A DNA stretch of 32,000 bases from Raphidiopsis brookii D9. Lineage in GTDB: Bacteria > Cyanobacteriota > Cyanobacteriia > Cyanobacteriales > Nostocaceae. Positions 7,385 through 17,899 of this stretch are shown piece after piece. Numbering within the stretch: the first letter of the stretch is position 1; each line of letters begins with the position of its first letter. The translations under genes and the position numbers were made by a program. Location: positions 1 to 32,000 of the forward strand of contig ACYB01000029.1 in the NCBI GenBank assembly GCA_000175855.1, in the 5' to 3' direction. The notes below the pieces were generated by a model. The model saw nothing but the letters and a program-made list of their open reading frames with translations. It had not been told where the DNA came from and searched no databases.

Positions 7385-7834
7385 ATGAACCAAGATTTAA
7401 CACAAAAATGGTTATCAGAAATTCAAAACCTTCAACAACAAATGTTGCAACTCCAAAAAGAACATGATCAAGCGTGGGAAACTTGTGAAAAATGGCGACA
7501 GCTCTATAATACTGAGTCCGAACAACGCCGCGCTGATGCAAATATATACCAACAACAAATCATTGCTTTAAAAGCTGAATTTGAACTGCTTGAACATGTA
7601 ACCAGTCACTTCCAGGAAGGGGAAACTACCCAAAGAGATCTGGGAATTTATGCACTTATGTCCATGGAGGAGTTAAAAAATCAACTCCTGAACATTACAC
7701 AAGAACGCGATCGCCTGGTGCGAGCATTAAAGTTAGAACAAGAGAACCATCAAAAAACCAGAATTAATCTAACTACAGCACTAGGGGATGCCATTGATAG
7801 TCTAACCGAGTGGAAAGCCAAGGTCACCAGTTAG
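7385..7834 (+). CDS. Hypothetical coiled-coil protein
   Basis: ORF from ATG 7385: [42 protein letters not shown].... The upstream part of the six-frame ORF overlaps ndk and is unlikely to be coding. Confidence 0.75.
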   Translation: MNQDLTQKWLSEIQNLQQQMLQLQKEHDQAWETCEKWRQLYNTESEQRRADANIYQQQIIALKAEFELLEHVTSHFQEGETTQRDLGIYALMSMEELKNQLLNITQERDRLVRALKLEQENHQKTRINLTTALGDAIDSLTEWKAKVTS

Positions 7835-7835
7835 A

Positions 7836-8927
7836 TTAAAAACCCATAGCTTGGGCCACAGCATTTAAATTAGCTGGTATACCTTGTTTAAACTGAGCAT
7901 GACTATGTTTAATAGCTGTATCTGGGTCTTTCAGACCATTCCCCGTGAGGACACAAACCACTGTCGCACCGTTAGGCACTTGATCCTTGACTTTGAGTAA
8001 ACCAGCTACAGAAGCTGCACTAGCAGGTTCACAGAAAATCCCCTCCGATGAAGCCAACAAACGATAAGCATCCAAAATTTCCTCATCTGTGACAGCATTA
8101 AAACTACCCTGACTAGCAGTTTGAGCTACCACCGCTTTTTCCCAACTCGCTGGATTGCCAATCCTAATCGCCGTCGCTATGGTATCGGGATTTGCCACCG
8201 GATGACCCTGAACCAAAGGTGCTGCTCCCGCTGCTTGAAAACCCATCATTTGTGGGAGGCGATCGCATTTTCCTGCTTGGTGATATTGACAAAAACCCAT
8301 CCAATATGCTGTGATGTTGCCAGCATTTCCTACAGGAATACATAGCCAATCAGGAGCATTACCCAAAGCATCAACTACCTCAAAAGCTCCCGTTTTCTGA
8401 CCTTCCAAGCGGTAGGGATTAACGGAATTTACCAGGGTAATGGGGTAATGGTCTGCCATTTCCCTTACGATTTCCAGAGCTCTATCAAAATTGCCCTGAA
8501 TAGCTAACACCTGGGCACCATACAGTAAGGCTTGTGCTAACTTGCCCAAAGCCACATAACCATCGGGAATCAGTACAAAGGGACGCATTCCCCCCCTTTG
8601 GGCATAGGCAGCCGCAGCAGCAGAGGTATTACCTGTACTAGCACAAATTACTGCCTTAGCACCTGCTTCCTTGGCTTTAGTAATAGCCATAGTCATTCCC
8701 CGATCTTTAAAACTACCAGTGGGGTTGAGACCATCATATTTAACAAATACCTTAACCTGCTTACCAATGCGCTGTGCAATCGCTGGTGTAGGGATTAAGG
8801 GTGTATTACCCTCCAGCAGAGTTACCACTGGAGTGTTTGCACTTACAGGTAAGTAGTCGCGGTAGGCTTCTATTAGACCTGGCCAGGGTTGGCGATGAGA
8901 TTTAGCAACAGACAAGCTCAAAGTCAC
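7836..8927 (-). CDS. thrC: Threonine synthase
   Basis: [19 protein letters not shown]...[54 protein letters not shown]...[10 protein letters not shown]. Confidence 0.97.
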   Translation of the reverse strand: MTLSLSVAKSHRQPWPGLIEAYRDYLPVSANTPVVTLLEGNTPLIPTPAIAQRIGKQVKVFVKYDGLNPTGSFKDRGMTMAITKAKEAGAKAVICASTGNTSAAAAAYAQRGGMRPFVLIPDGYVALGKLAQALLYGAQVLAIQGNFDRALEIVREMADHYPITLVNSVNPYRLEGQKTGAFEVVDALGNAPDWLCIPVGNAGNITAYWMGFCQYHQAGKCDRLPQMMGFQAAGAAPLVQGHPVANPDTIATAIRIGNPASWEKAVVAQTASQGSFNAVTDEEILDAYRLLASSEGIFCEPASAASVAGLLKVKDQVPNGATVVCVLTGNGLKDPDTAIKHSHAQFKQGIPANLNAVAQAMGF

Positions 8928-9148
8928 AGTATTCTAAACTTCTTAACTAGAAATTGGGAATGGAAAGATTGGGATTTGATTAATTAATAGTCTCAATCAC
9001 TTTACCATGTCAGGGACTACTAACCCCAGGAACACAGTACGATCACAGTCGTCGATTACAAAAGACCTAACTGATGAGAATATCTAATGGGAAGTATACA
9101 ATATTTTAATAAAGATTAAGATTAATTTATTATAATATCTCTAGTGGT

Positions 9149-9370
9149 GTGAGTTTAGTTCAGAAAATAAAGATAACAACTATGTCAATGTCAACCTTAT
9201 CTTCCAGCGTTGCGACCTGCGAGTCTCACGGTGAGCTAGTAAAAAAGCTAACTAAGGCCTACTACCAGGACGAACAGCAAGAAAAATTTATTGGTCTACA
9301 GACGGAAATTGACTCTCTGCTGCAACACTTACAAAACCTTAAGACACAAAACCTCAAGACTGACCATTAG
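9149..9370 (+). CDS. Small hypothetical protein (73 aa)
   Basis: ORF with in-frame ATGs and a coiled-coil-like C-terminus. Start uncertain. Confidence 0.4.
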   Translation: MSLVQKIKITTMSMSTLSSSVATCESHGELVKKLTKAYYQDEQQEKFIGLQTEIDSLLQHLQNLKTQNLKTDH

Positions 9371-9504
9371 AAAGGTGGGCCAGAACGTGTACCCATACTA
9401 ACCTGATTAATAATTTATTAAGCGTTCTGGCTAACTATATTGCCAAAGAGAGTTTGGTTTAAAGGAGATATGTAAAACAGTACGATTATACTCATACTGA
9501 AATG

Positions 9505-9541
9505 CTATAAAATAGAAAGGGTTTGGCCGTTAACCAAACCC
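9505..9541 (-). terminator. Putative intrinsic terminator of the ABC-F gene
   Basis: On the minus strand, GGGTTTGG-TTAACGG-CCAAACCC (8-bp stem, positions 9541-9519) is followed by TTTCTATTTTATAG. Confidence 0.7.
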
Positions 9542-9675
9542 AGATATAAATCCAGTGCATAACAACATCCCAAATCAATTTAACCTACTTGGTTTTTAGT
9601 TACATCCTCCCCAAGAATGTTTACAAATCCCAAAATAGCTGATATTAACCTAACGCGGAGTACAAATGGATGTTG

Positions 9676-11622
9676 CTAATACGAATCAGCTTCAGCTAAT
9701 TCTAGCCAGCGCTCAGTTGCAAAATCTATAGCTTTTTTAAGCGATTCTATTTGTTCATAGAGGTTTTGTACTTGGGTATAATTTCCTGGTGCAACAGTGA
9801 GTAATGATGTTTCCACTAGATCTCTTTGTGCTTCCAAATCGGCAATTTTAGCTTCCAATTGCTCAAATTCCCGTTTTTCCCAGTTAGATAATCGTCGACG
9901 TTTTTTATTCTGTACTTCTTGCTCACCAGTTTTTAGTTGAGTGAGGTTTTTGGATTTGCTATTATCTTTACCATTAATTGTTTCTTGTTGGGCTAACTCC
10001 TCAGATTTTTTGTAATCTAAATAGACCGAATAATTGCCTGGGTATTGGCGTAAGTTACCACCCTCTTCTAGAGCAAAGATAGTATCTACTGTTCGATCTA
10101 AAAAATATCGATCATGGGAAACTACTATGACAGATCCCACAAAGTCTTCGAGATATTCTTCTAAAACCGATAAGGTTTGCACATCTAAATCATTAGTTGG
10201 CTCATCTAAAATTAGCACATTGGGCGCACCAATTAATAATCTTAATAAAAATAAACGCCGTTTTTCTCCTCCAGAAAGTTTATGAATAGGTGCATATTGT
10301 TGGCTCCCGGGAAATAAAAATCTCTCTAACATCTGAGAAGCTGTGATTTTTGTCCCATCAGCAATCTTGATAAATTCTCCCTCCTCTTTGATATAATCAA
10401 TTACCCGCTGATTATCATTAACTGCTGATATTAACTCTTCTGAATGTTGGTCAAAGTAAGCAATATGAATGGTACTTCCAATTTCCACTGTGCCAGCATC
10501 CGGTGAAGTCCTTCCAGTTATCATGTTCATCAAGGTAGATTTACCAGTACCATTACCACCAATAATGCCAATTCTATCTTCAGGACTAAATTCATAACTA
10601 AAGTTACTAATGAGGGTTTTCCCGTTATATGATTTGCAAATACCACTCAATTCAATCACTTTTTTGCCAATGCGCCGACCAATGGTAGAAATGTCAACTT
10701 TACCTTGAGCTTGTTTGAATTGAGTTTCTCTCATAGACTCAACCCGTTGAATTCGGGCTTTTTGCTTAGTACTTCTAGCTTTAGGTCCCCTTTTTAACCA
10801 TTCCAGTTCTCTTCGTAATATGCCTTGATGTTTACGTTGACTGCTTACAGCAGATTCTTCTGCTAATGCTTTCTTCTCTAAATAATAGGAATAATTACCG
10901 GAGTATGTATAAATATCACCCCTATCAATTTCTATAATTCTATTAGTTACTTTATCCAAAAAATACCGATCATGAGTGATCAGCAGCAAAGCTCCTCGAA
11001 ACCGATTTAAGTAACTTTGTAGCCATTCTACACACAAAGCATCCAGATGGTTTGTCGGTTCATCCATGAGTAAAACATCTGGTTGAGCTAATAGTGCTGT
11101 AGCTAAAGCTATACGTTTTCTATAACCCCCTGATAAGGTCCCAACTTTCACCTCAAAGTCGCCAATTCCCAATTTGGTGAGAATAATTTTAGCATTGGTT
11201 TCTAATTCCCAGGCCCCAGTAGCATCCATGCGCTGCATCACTTCTGACAACCTGGCAATTAATAATGTGTCCTCAGCATAATGGGCTAATTTATCTGAAA
11301 GTTCTTCATACTCCTTTACTAATTTCGTATGTTCACCACTATCCATAAATATCTGTTCTAAAACTGTCAGGTTTTCATCCATATCTGGCTGTTGTGGTAA
11401 ATAGATAATTTTTGCACCAGAGTTAGTCAGAATTTGTCCACTATCTATCGGCTCTATTCCCGCTATCATCTTTAATAATGTGGATTTACCAGAACCATTA
11501 GTACCAATCAGACCTACTTTGTCAGTCCCATCTATACTAAAAGTTGCTTCTTTTAAGATCTCTTTAATACCAAAGTCTTTTTTAACTGATTGTAGTGTAA
11601 TTAAGCTCATATAGTTTGGCAA
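9676..11622 (-). CDS. ABC-F family ATPase (Uup/YdiF-like)
   Basis: Two ABC domains (GTNGSGKSTLLKMIAG, LSGGYRKRIALATALLAQPDVLLMDEPTNHLD; GGNGTGKSTLMNMITG, LSGGEKRRLFLLRLLIGAPNVLILDEPTNDLD), no TM segments, C-terminal coiled coil. Start likely at MSLITLQ (11610). Confidence 0.95.
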   Translation of the reverse strand: MPNYMSLITLQSVKKDFGIKEILKEATFSIDGTDKVGLIGTNGSGKSTLLKMIAGIEPIDSGQILTNSGAKIIYLPQQPDMDENLTVLEQIFMDSGEHTKLVKEYEELSDKLAHYAEDTLLIARLSEVMQRMDATGAWELETNAKIILTKLGIGDFEVKVGTLSGGYRKRIALATALLAQPDVLLMDEPTNHLDALCVEWLQSYLNRFRGALLLITHDRYFLDKVTNRIIEIDRGDIYTYSGNYSYYLEKKALAEESAVSSQRKHQGILRRELEWLKRGPKARSTKQKARIQRVESMRETQFKQAQGKVDISTIGRRIGKKVIELSGICKSYNGKTLISNFSYEFSPEDRIGIIGGNGTGKSTLMNMITGRTSPDAGTVEIGSTIHIAYFDQHSEELISAVNDNQRVIDYIKEEGEFIKIADGTKITASQMLERFLFPGSQQYAPIHKLSGGEKRRLFLLRLLIGAPNVLILDEPTNDLDVQTLSVLEEYLEDFVGSVIVVSHDRYFLDRTVDTIFALEEGGNLRQYPGNYSVYLDYKKSEELAQQETINGKDNSKSKNLTQLKTGEQEVQNKKRRRLSNWEKREFEQLEAKIADLEAQRDLVETSLLTVAPGNYTQVQNLYEQIESLKKAIDFATERWLELAEADSY

Positions 11623-11675
11623 CTTGTAATTCGATTAAGCATAAGTATTTAAGCTGTTCCCATTTCCCATTCCTC

Positions 11676-12095
11676 CTAACCCACAAACAAATCAAGGGGT
11701 AAATGTCCATACATTTCATTCACACCACCAGGATAGTTGGATTGACAGGAAACTAAGACTCCACGATGATGTCCCACATAACTATCTAAGTAACATAGTC
11801 CATTTTTACCGTTTAATTTGATATACACTGGTCCTTCTGGATGAGGTAAATCATCCGGTGCTTGATAACCAAAAGCATGAGAATAGGTTTTCATAGCTAA
11901 TATTCCCTGTTCCACATTATCAGCACAAATGCCTAAAATTTGATAGTCAGACTGTTTTGTCATCAGAATGATTGCTTCCCGAGTTAGGTCTTTCTCCAGG
12001 GGTTTGAGAACCGGTGCTATATCTAAACAGTTAAATTTGTTGAGGATCTTCTTCGCTTCTGCTACGGTCAGGTTTGTAGGATTAGATATTGACAT
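11676..12095 (-). CDS. DUF1824 family protein
   Basis: 139 aa: LTVAEAKKILNKFNCLDIAPVLKPLEKDLTREAIILMTKQSDYQILGICADNVEQGILAMKTYSHAFGY..., cyanobacterial DUF1824 type. Confidence 0.8.
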   Translation of the reverse strand: MSISNPTNLTVAEAKKILNKFNCLDIAPVLKPLEKDLTREAIILMTKQSDYQILGICADNVEQGILAMKTYSHAFGYQAPDDLPHPEGPVYIKLNGKNGLCYLDSYVGHHRGVLVSCQSNYPGGVNEMYGHLPLDLFVG

Positions 12096-12294
12096 ACGGC
12101 AATCTGGTTGTAAGTTGACTGATTAAATTCAAAGGGTGAACAGGGGGTTCCAAAAGGTGGTATGGTCTTAATATATTCTACAAATTATCCTATCCTTAGG
12201 CGATCGCTTGATGCTGTGTAATTGTTAGTTAGTTATCAGTTAGTTGGGGGCACCGTTCATGTTAGGATAATTGACACCTAATTTTCTCCCGATT

Positions 12295-12719
12295 ATGTTT
12301 AACAATCCAAACCTGCAAACAAGTAATAGCAAATGGCATAAGCAGCTAGATAAGTTCGTCAAAGAAAATCAGCAGGAGTTAGCGGCCTTATTTTGGGGTT
12401 GTGGTTAGAAAATGGCAATAGTCAGGGGACTATTGGTATTGATTTACAACCTCAGCCTCATTTTGTCTATTGTCCTCAAGAAGCAGTAGAAAAATTAAAT
12501 GAGCGGGTGGAAAAACGACTCCAAGAACTTTTGGGAATCATAGATAATAATAACCCAGAAACGGAGGTTTTAATGATTGGGATTGGCCAAGGAGAAATTA
12601 AGTTGATTCAGTTCGCTCCTGAATTGTCACCCCGCACATGCTTTGAACGAGTGAACCAAGATGTGGATACCCTATTAGAGTTGTTGGAGCAGAAAATGAT
12701 TGAGCAAATAGCGGTTTAG
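12295..12719 (+). pseudogene. Hypothetical protein gene with an apparent frameshift near 12384-12395
   Basis: Frame 1 reads MFNNPNLQTSNSKWHKQLDKFVKENQQELAALFWG(CG*). Frame 0 continues (G)LWLENGNSQGTIGIDLQPQPHFVYCPQEAVEKLNERVEKRLQELLGI... The join falls in ttttggggttgtgg. Confidence 0.65.
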
Positions 12720-12798
12720 CGGTTTAATTACCTAACTTTCCTGCTCGTCAAAACATTTACGTATAACACAATATAATATATTTAACACGGAGAATATA

Positions 12799-13362
12799 AT
12801 GCCCAGAAAACGTCTCACTGATCTACTGCAAGAGGAAGTTCAAAAGTTCACTCCCCCCTCGGATGAATCTGTGGTTGAAACCACGGCAAAAAAGGTTCCA
12901 GATCTGGAACTCGCAAGTAATTCCACCAGTGATAATTCTAACGGTCTGCACGGGGGAGTTACGGTACAAGAACTTCAGGAATCCCTGAACAGATACCATG
13001 TTCGAGAAACTGCTATGCAGCAGGAAATCGGTGAGTTGAAGAATGCCTTATCAGAACAAAGATATCTCTCGGAGAAATTAGGTAAGGAACTCTACGAGAC
13101 GAAAAAAACCGCCCTAAAATTGGCTGAGTCCAATTCTACTCTAATAGAGGAAAACAATCAACTCAAACAGCAAGCAGCTCAACAAGTCATACCCAATTCT
13201 ACAGGGGAATCTGTCCAATCCACACAACCAACAAAAGATGTTGCCAAGTCCTTAATTATCAATCCCAGAAAATCTTACAGTCCTCCGGAAATATTTATAG
13301 ACAGGTCTAAAGTAGATACAAAAAAGGACGACTTTTCTAATAACACTTGGTTGTATGATTAG
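12799..13362 (+). CDS. Hypothetical coiled-coil protein
   Basis: 187 aa with RBS-like agaat upstream: MPRKRLTDLLQEEVQKFTPPSDESVVETTAKKVPDLE.... Confidence 0.8.
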   Translation: MPRKRLTDLLQEEVQKFTPPSDESVVETTAKKVPDLELASNSTSDNSNGLHGGVTVQELQESLNRYHVRETAMQQEIGELKNALSEQRYLSEKLGKELYETKKTALKLAESNSTLIEENNQLKQQAAQQVIPNSTGESVQSTQPTKDVAKSLIINPRKSYSPPEIFIDRSKVDTKKDDFSNNTWLYD

Positions 13363-13425
13363 AATTTAAGACAAGTCCATTCTGGAATAAATCATTTTTC
13401 GTCTTGACAAAGTGGCATAGTAATA

Positions 13426-13665
13426 CTAGGTCTTGCCTTTTCGCTCCCATTTCCATAAAAAGGCCATTATAGCAACAATTCCTACTTGCAGGGCAAAATT
13501 AGGTAGAGCTTGATCAATGTCCCTACCGGCCAATATTTGAAAGAAGAACACGAAGGCACCTATAAGCCCAGAAGCCCCCATACCAATATAAACAAATTGT
13601 CTTAGTCCTTTATAGGGCGAAGCTATTTCAGCTTTTAAGCGATTTTTAATATTTGGATCTAGCAT
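13426..13665 (-). CDS. DUF3493 family small membrane protein
   Basis: 79 aa: NRLKAEIASPYKGLRQFVYIGMGASGLIGAFVFFFQILAGRD.... Confidence 0.82.
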   Translation of the reverse strand: MLDPNIKNRLKAEIASPYKGLRQFVYIGMGASGLIGAFVFFFQILAGRDIDQALPNFALQVGIVAIMAFLWKWERKGKT

Positions 13666-13702
13666 TTTTTCCGAGATTGTGTTATGGTTACATATTGTTT
13701 GC

Positions 13703-13774
13703 GCCGATGTAGCACAGTGGTAGTGCAGCTGATTCGTAATCAGCAGGTCGTGGGTTCAAATCCCATCATCGGCT
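13703..13774 (+). tRNA. tRNA-Thr (anticodon CGT)
   Basis: Cloverleaf: acceptor GCCGATG/CATCGGC, D arm GCAC/GTGC, anticodon stem GCTGA-TTCGTAA-TCAGC, T arm GTGGG-TTCAAAT-CCCAT. No encoded CCA. Confidence 0.95.
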
Positions 13775-14590
13775 TTAATTTCCATCCAATTCCACACTGA
13801 CAATTCCCGACCACTGAACTTTTTTCTCCCTTTGTCTTCGGTAAGAAAAAAAGTGATCAGGGCATTGATACGTGCAATAAGGAGCAATGGCAATCTGGGT
13901 TGAATTAATTCCTAACTCTTCCAATTGTAAAACATTAATCCGACGGACATCCAAACGAATCTTGCCTGGTTCTGCATCGGGTAAAAAGGGAGAATCTGAT
14001 AAACCCTGTAAGGTAGGAACTATTTCCTCAGGTTCATGGTCGGGTAAAATAGAACTTCCGATTTCAATTGCCACTTCCACAGAAACCTGGTAAACCTCTC
14101 CAGCAATCGCAGGACCCATAGCAATGCGTAAATCCTCCAATCTACTCCCATGAGATAGCATTTTTTCAATTGCTTGAGGAACAATTCTAGCTGCTGTACC
14201 TCGCCAACCCGCATGCAAGGCTGCCACTTTTCCTGTTTTTGCATCAGCGATTAAAACGGGCGTGCAGTCAGCAGAAGCGACCCAAACAGCTTGTTGCGCT
14301 TCCTGGGTAACTAAACCATCTGCTAAAGCCAGTTCATCACCAAAGTCAGTTAAATACTGATTTACCTCCTGGGGTGTTAATACCACATTACCATGAACTT
14401 GTTTTAAACGATAAGTGCTGGCCTGCGGTTGTAATACCCTGGTCAATTCATGAGGTGGGAGAGGCCAAAACTGCTGGGTAAAAAACCCATGGGGCCAGGG
14501 TGTCAAAATACTACAAGTAAGATATGGTAGACCTTGCCATTCTCGCCATTGCCAAGTGTGCATCTGCAAAATAAAAAATAAATTAATCAA
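13775..14590 (-). CDS. pgeF: Polyphenol oxidase/laccase-domain family protein (YfiH/PgeF-like)
   Basis: QVHGNVVLTPQEVN...WVASADCTPVLIADAKTGKVAALHAGWRGTAARI...APCTYQCPDHFFSYRRQ-like motif near the C-terminus. Confidence 0.9.
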   Translation of the reverse strand: MINLFFILQMHTWQWREWQGLPYLTCSILTPWPHGFFTQQFWPLPPHELTRVLQPQASTYRLKQVHGNVVLTPQEVNQYLTDFGDELALADGLVTQEAQQAVWVASADCTPVLIADAKTGKVAALHAGWRGTAARIVPQAIEKMLSHGSRLEDLRIAMGPAIAGEVYQVSVEVAIEIGSSILPDHEPEEIVPTLQGLSDSPFLPDAEPGKIRLDVRRINVLQLEELGINSTQIAIAPYCTYQCPDHFFSYRRQREKKVQWSGIVSVELDGN

Positions 14591-14751
14591 AAAATAAACA
14601 AAACTGACAATTTAATTAACTCAGACAAAGCTACTATACTATCAATACTGCTCCAAAATTCTGAAACCTTGTTCCCATACTCCCAAAATTGAAGATTGTT
14701 CTTTCGACTCGTTATAATCATATTAATATCTTCTGGCTCACTTTTAAGACT

Positions 14752-15966
14752 ATGAATCAAATACCTACACAATTACATATACAAACACCTAAAACAATCT
14801 GCATCCTGGGTGGGGGTTTTGGGGGACTTTACACAGCTTTACGTTTAAGCCAGCTAGATTGGGGAAATACGGAGAAGCCAGAAATCGTTTTAGTAGATCA
14901 AGGCGATCGCTTTATTTTTTCACCCCTATTGTATGAATTAATGACCAATGAACTGCAAACCTGGGAGATAGCACCTTTATATCAGGAGATATTAGAAAAT
15001 ACCGGGGTACATTTCCATCAAGCCAAGGTTAGTGAAATTGACACGGATAATCAACAGGTGAAATTATGTGATGGAAAAATATTCCCATACCACAGATTAG
15101 TTTTGGCGTTGGGGAGTGAAACCAATTTGGATCTGGTTCCTGGTGCTGTTAAGCATGCCTACCCATTTCGTAGCATTTGTGATGTGCAGCAGTTGGAAGA
15201 AAGACTGAGAATTTTGACAGCTAGGGACCTGGAAAAGATTCGTGTAGCCATAGTGGGTGCAGGTTATAGCGGAGTAGAATTGGCTTGTAAACTAGCAGAT
15301 AGACTGGGAGAAAAAGGTAGATTGCGGTTGATAGAAATTGGAGATCAAATTCTGCGCACTTCTTCAGATTTTAATCGCCAACAGGCTAAAAAAGCATTAG
15401 AACAGAAAGGTGTGTTTATAGACTTAGAAACTAAAGTAGCATCTATAGGGGAAAATACAATATCCTTAGAGTATAAAAATCAAATAGATGAAATTCCTGT
15501 AGATTTAGTCATTTGGACCATAGGAACAAGAATTTCGTCTTTGGTGCAAAATCTTACCCTAGCACATAACCAAAGGGGACAAATAACCTGTACTCCTACC
15601 CTACAAGTTGTGGAGCATCCAGAAATTTTCGCCCTGGGAGACCTAGCAGATTGCAAAGACATAGAGGAAAAACAATTACCTGGTACTGCTCAGGTAGCTT
15701 TTCAGCAAGCAGATTATGCAGCATGGAATATTTGGGCATCTCTAACCGATCGTCCCCTACTTCCTTTCCGCTATCAACCACTAGGGGAAGTTATGGCTTT
15801 GGGGGTAGACAATGCTACCCTTACAGCTTTAGGGATTACATTAGATGGTTATTTAGGTTATCTTGTGCGGCGCTTGGTCTACTTATATAGATTACCTACT
15901 TTAGAACATCAGTTAAAAGTGGGTTTTAGTTGGTTACTGACTCCAATTATTAAAACACTTTCTTAA
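14752..15966 (+). CDS. Type II NADH dehydrogenase / NAD(P)/FAD-dependent oxidoreductase
   Basis: ICILGGGFGGLYTALRLSQL..., VAIVGAGYSGVELACKLADRLGEKGRLRLIEIGDQIL..., HPEIFALGDLAD. ORF opens at 14689; start likely at MNQIPTQ (14752). Confidence 0.92.
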   Translation: MNQIPTQLHIQTPKTICILGGGFGGLYTALRLSQLDWGNTEKPEIVLVDQGDRFIFSPLLYELMTNELQTWEIAPLYQEILENTGVHFHQAKVSEIDTDNQQVKLCDGKIFPYHRLVLALGSETNLDLVPGAVKHAYPFRSICDVQQLEERLRILTARDLEKIRVAIVGAGYSGVELACKLADRLGEKGRLRLIEIGDQILRTSSDFNRQQAKKALEQKGVFIDLETKVASIGENTISLEYKNQIDEIPVDLVIWTIGTRISSLVQNLTLAHNQRGQITCTPTLQVVEHPEIFALGDLADCKDIEEKQLPGTAQVAFQQADYAAWNIWASLTDRPLLPFRYQPLGEVMALGVDNATLTALGITLDGYLGYLVRRLVYLYRLPTLEHQLKVGFSWLLTPIIKTLS

Positions 15967-16044
15967 GGAGGGTTTCGTTCCCAACCTACTGTGCATGATG
16001 ATTATAATTATGGGAATTGACTTAATTAAGTCCAGTTTCAACCC

Positions 16045-16689
16045 ATGGAAAAACCAAAAGTGATTTTTTTGGATGCGGTAGGTACAATCTTTGGTGTTAA
16101 GGGTAGTGTGGGTGAGGTTTATAGCCAAATCGCTCTAGAATTTGGTGTCACGGTGGCTCCAGAAATTTTAAATCAGGAGTTTCACAAAAGTTTTGCAGCT
16201 GCACCACCTCCCATATTCCCCAATTGTGATGTGGAAGTTATACCTGACAAGGAATTTAACTGGTGGTACGATGTTGTTTTGAACACCTTTCAGGGTGCGG
16301 GAGTATGGAGGGAATTTAGGGATTTTTCTGATTTTTTTGGTGAACTCTATATTCATTTTAGTACTGCTGACCCTTGGTTTGTCTATCCCGATGTTCCCCT
16401 GGCCTTGGTCAATTGGTTGAGGTTGGGGGTAGAATTGGGAGTAGTTTCTAATTTCGACTCTCGCATATACTCGGTTTTACAAAGTCTAGGTCTTAAGGAC
16501 TATTTTAAGTCTATTACTGTTTCTACCCAAGCTCGCACGGCTAAGCCAGATCCTGAAATTTTTCATCTGGCTTTGAAAAGTCATAACTGCTCCCCGGAAT
16601 CAGCTTGGCATATTGGTGATAGTATTGTTGATGATTATCATGGTGCAAGAAGGGCTGGATTAAGAGGTATTTGGATTAATAGACACTAG
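16045..16689 (+). CDS. HAD family hydrolase (HAD-IA, REG-2-like)
   Basis: VIFLDAVGTIFGVKGSVGEVY..., VVSNFDSRIYSVLQSLGL..., KPDPEIFHLAL...AWHIGDSIVDDYHGARRAGLRGIWI. Confidence 0.92.
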   Translation: MEKPKVIFLDAVGTIFGVKGSVGEVYSQIALEFGVTVAPEILNQEFHKSFAAAPPPIFPNCDVEVIPDKEFNWWYDVVLNTFQGAGVWREFRDFSDFFGELYIHFSTADPWFVYPDVPLALVNWLRLGVELGVVSNFDSRIYSVLQSLGLKDYFKSITVSTQARTAKPDPEIFHLALKSHNCSPESAWHIGDSIVDDYHGARRAGLRGIWINRH

Positions 16690-16716
16690 TATGTACTACA
16701 GTAGAGTTACATACTA

Positions 16717-17796
16717 ATGAAAAAACTATTAGAAAAGTTAAATCAGTTATCAGTTTCCTTATCGGAGGGACAATTGAAATTTATAGCTTTATTCAAAACG
16801 CTTACTAAAGATTTTATGGGTAAAAGTGAGGACTGGGCAACCACCATAGCTCAAACCTTCACAGCTGGACAAAGCTATATATCTCTTGGCTTGCTAGTGA
16901 CAGGGATTGTGGCGATTGGCTTTGCTCCTATTTTTATCAGCTGGAGTAACAATGAAATTAGTCCTGCAGCAACTACTTTTAATCGTTTGTGGATCTCCAG
17001 TGCTTTTTTTGGCACTTGGAACCTGGTTTCTTTGATTCGTCGGCACAAATTAAGTTCGGATCCTTCTCTAATTAATAATTTATATACATTACCAACTTGG
17101 GGCTTGTTTTTTCTAGTTGGTATTATATTTGCAGCAAGACAGCTATTTTGGGCTGAGTCACTAATCCATACTAGTGTGGCCAGTTCGGTGGTAATTATTT
17201 ACGCACTATCACCACTATTAACTGCTATGGGGGGATGGATTTTCTTTCGTCATCGCGTCAAGCAACAATTTGTAGTTGGCACAATTATTTCTATTACCGG
17301 TGCGATCGCTATCAGTTTCCAAGATTTTTCTGTCTCTACCAATGAGTTGCAAGGAGATTTCTTCTCCTTAATATCGGCAATTTTGCTGCCATTTTATTTA
17401 CTACTAATGGAAAAGCTCCTAACCCAGTTTGAAACTAAAACCCTGGTATTCTGGTATTGCACTATTGGCGCACTAACCACCTTACCCATTTTACTGGTAA
17501 CAGAAAACACCCTATTCCCCCTTTCTTGGCAAGGATGGTTTTCTGTAATTTCCCTAGCTTTAATTTGTCAGGTCATAGGGCAAGGACTAATTGCCTATTC
17601 TCTCAATTCCTTACCATCATCCATTGTAGCAGTAACAATGCTGCTTGATCCGGTAATTAGCATGGTTTTTGCCTGGTTAGTGTTGGGTGAGCAAGTTGGT
17701 TTTATCAAAGGTATAGCTTGTTTGATTGTTCTTATTGGCATATATTTAGCCATGATAGGTCAATATGCACCGCTGAATGAGTCACCTTTGACCTAA
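16717..17796 (+). CDS. EamA/DMT superfamily transporter
   Basis: Multi-TM protein with two EamA-like repeats: FFLVGIIFAARQLFWAESLIHTSVASSVVIIYALSPLLTAMGGWIFF; SLPSSIVAVTMLLDPVISMVFAWLVLGE. Confidence 0.9.
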   Translation: MKKLLEKLNQLSVSLSEGQLKFIALFKTLTKDFMGKSEDWATTIAQTFTAGQSYISLGLLVTGIVAIGFAPIFISWSNNEISPAATTFNRLWISSAFFGTWNLVSLIRRHKLSSDPSLINNLYTLPTWGLFFLVGIIFAARQLFWAESLIHTSVASSVVIIYALSPLLTAMGGWIFFRHRVKQQFVVGTIISITGAIAISFQDFSVSTNELQGDFFSLISAILLPFYLLLMEKLLTQFETKTLVFWYCTIGALTTLPILLVTENTLFPLSWQGWFSVISLALICQVIGQGLIAYSLNSLPSSIVAVTMLLDPVISMVFAWLVLGEQVGFIKGIACLIVLIGIYLAMIGQYAPLNESPLT

Positions 17797-17899
17797 ATTT
17801 TCCTATGATATTGGTGGTAATAGATCAAAGTCTAAACAAGACTCTTGACTCCTGCAATTATCCCATATCAATCATTATCTACTGTTTGTTGTTGAACCT

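Noticed and set aside
9676-11622. ABC-F gene as an antibiotic-resistance determinant
   Set aside because: The sequence looks like a housekeeping Uup/YdiF-type translation factor with C-terminal coiled coil. No context supports resistance.
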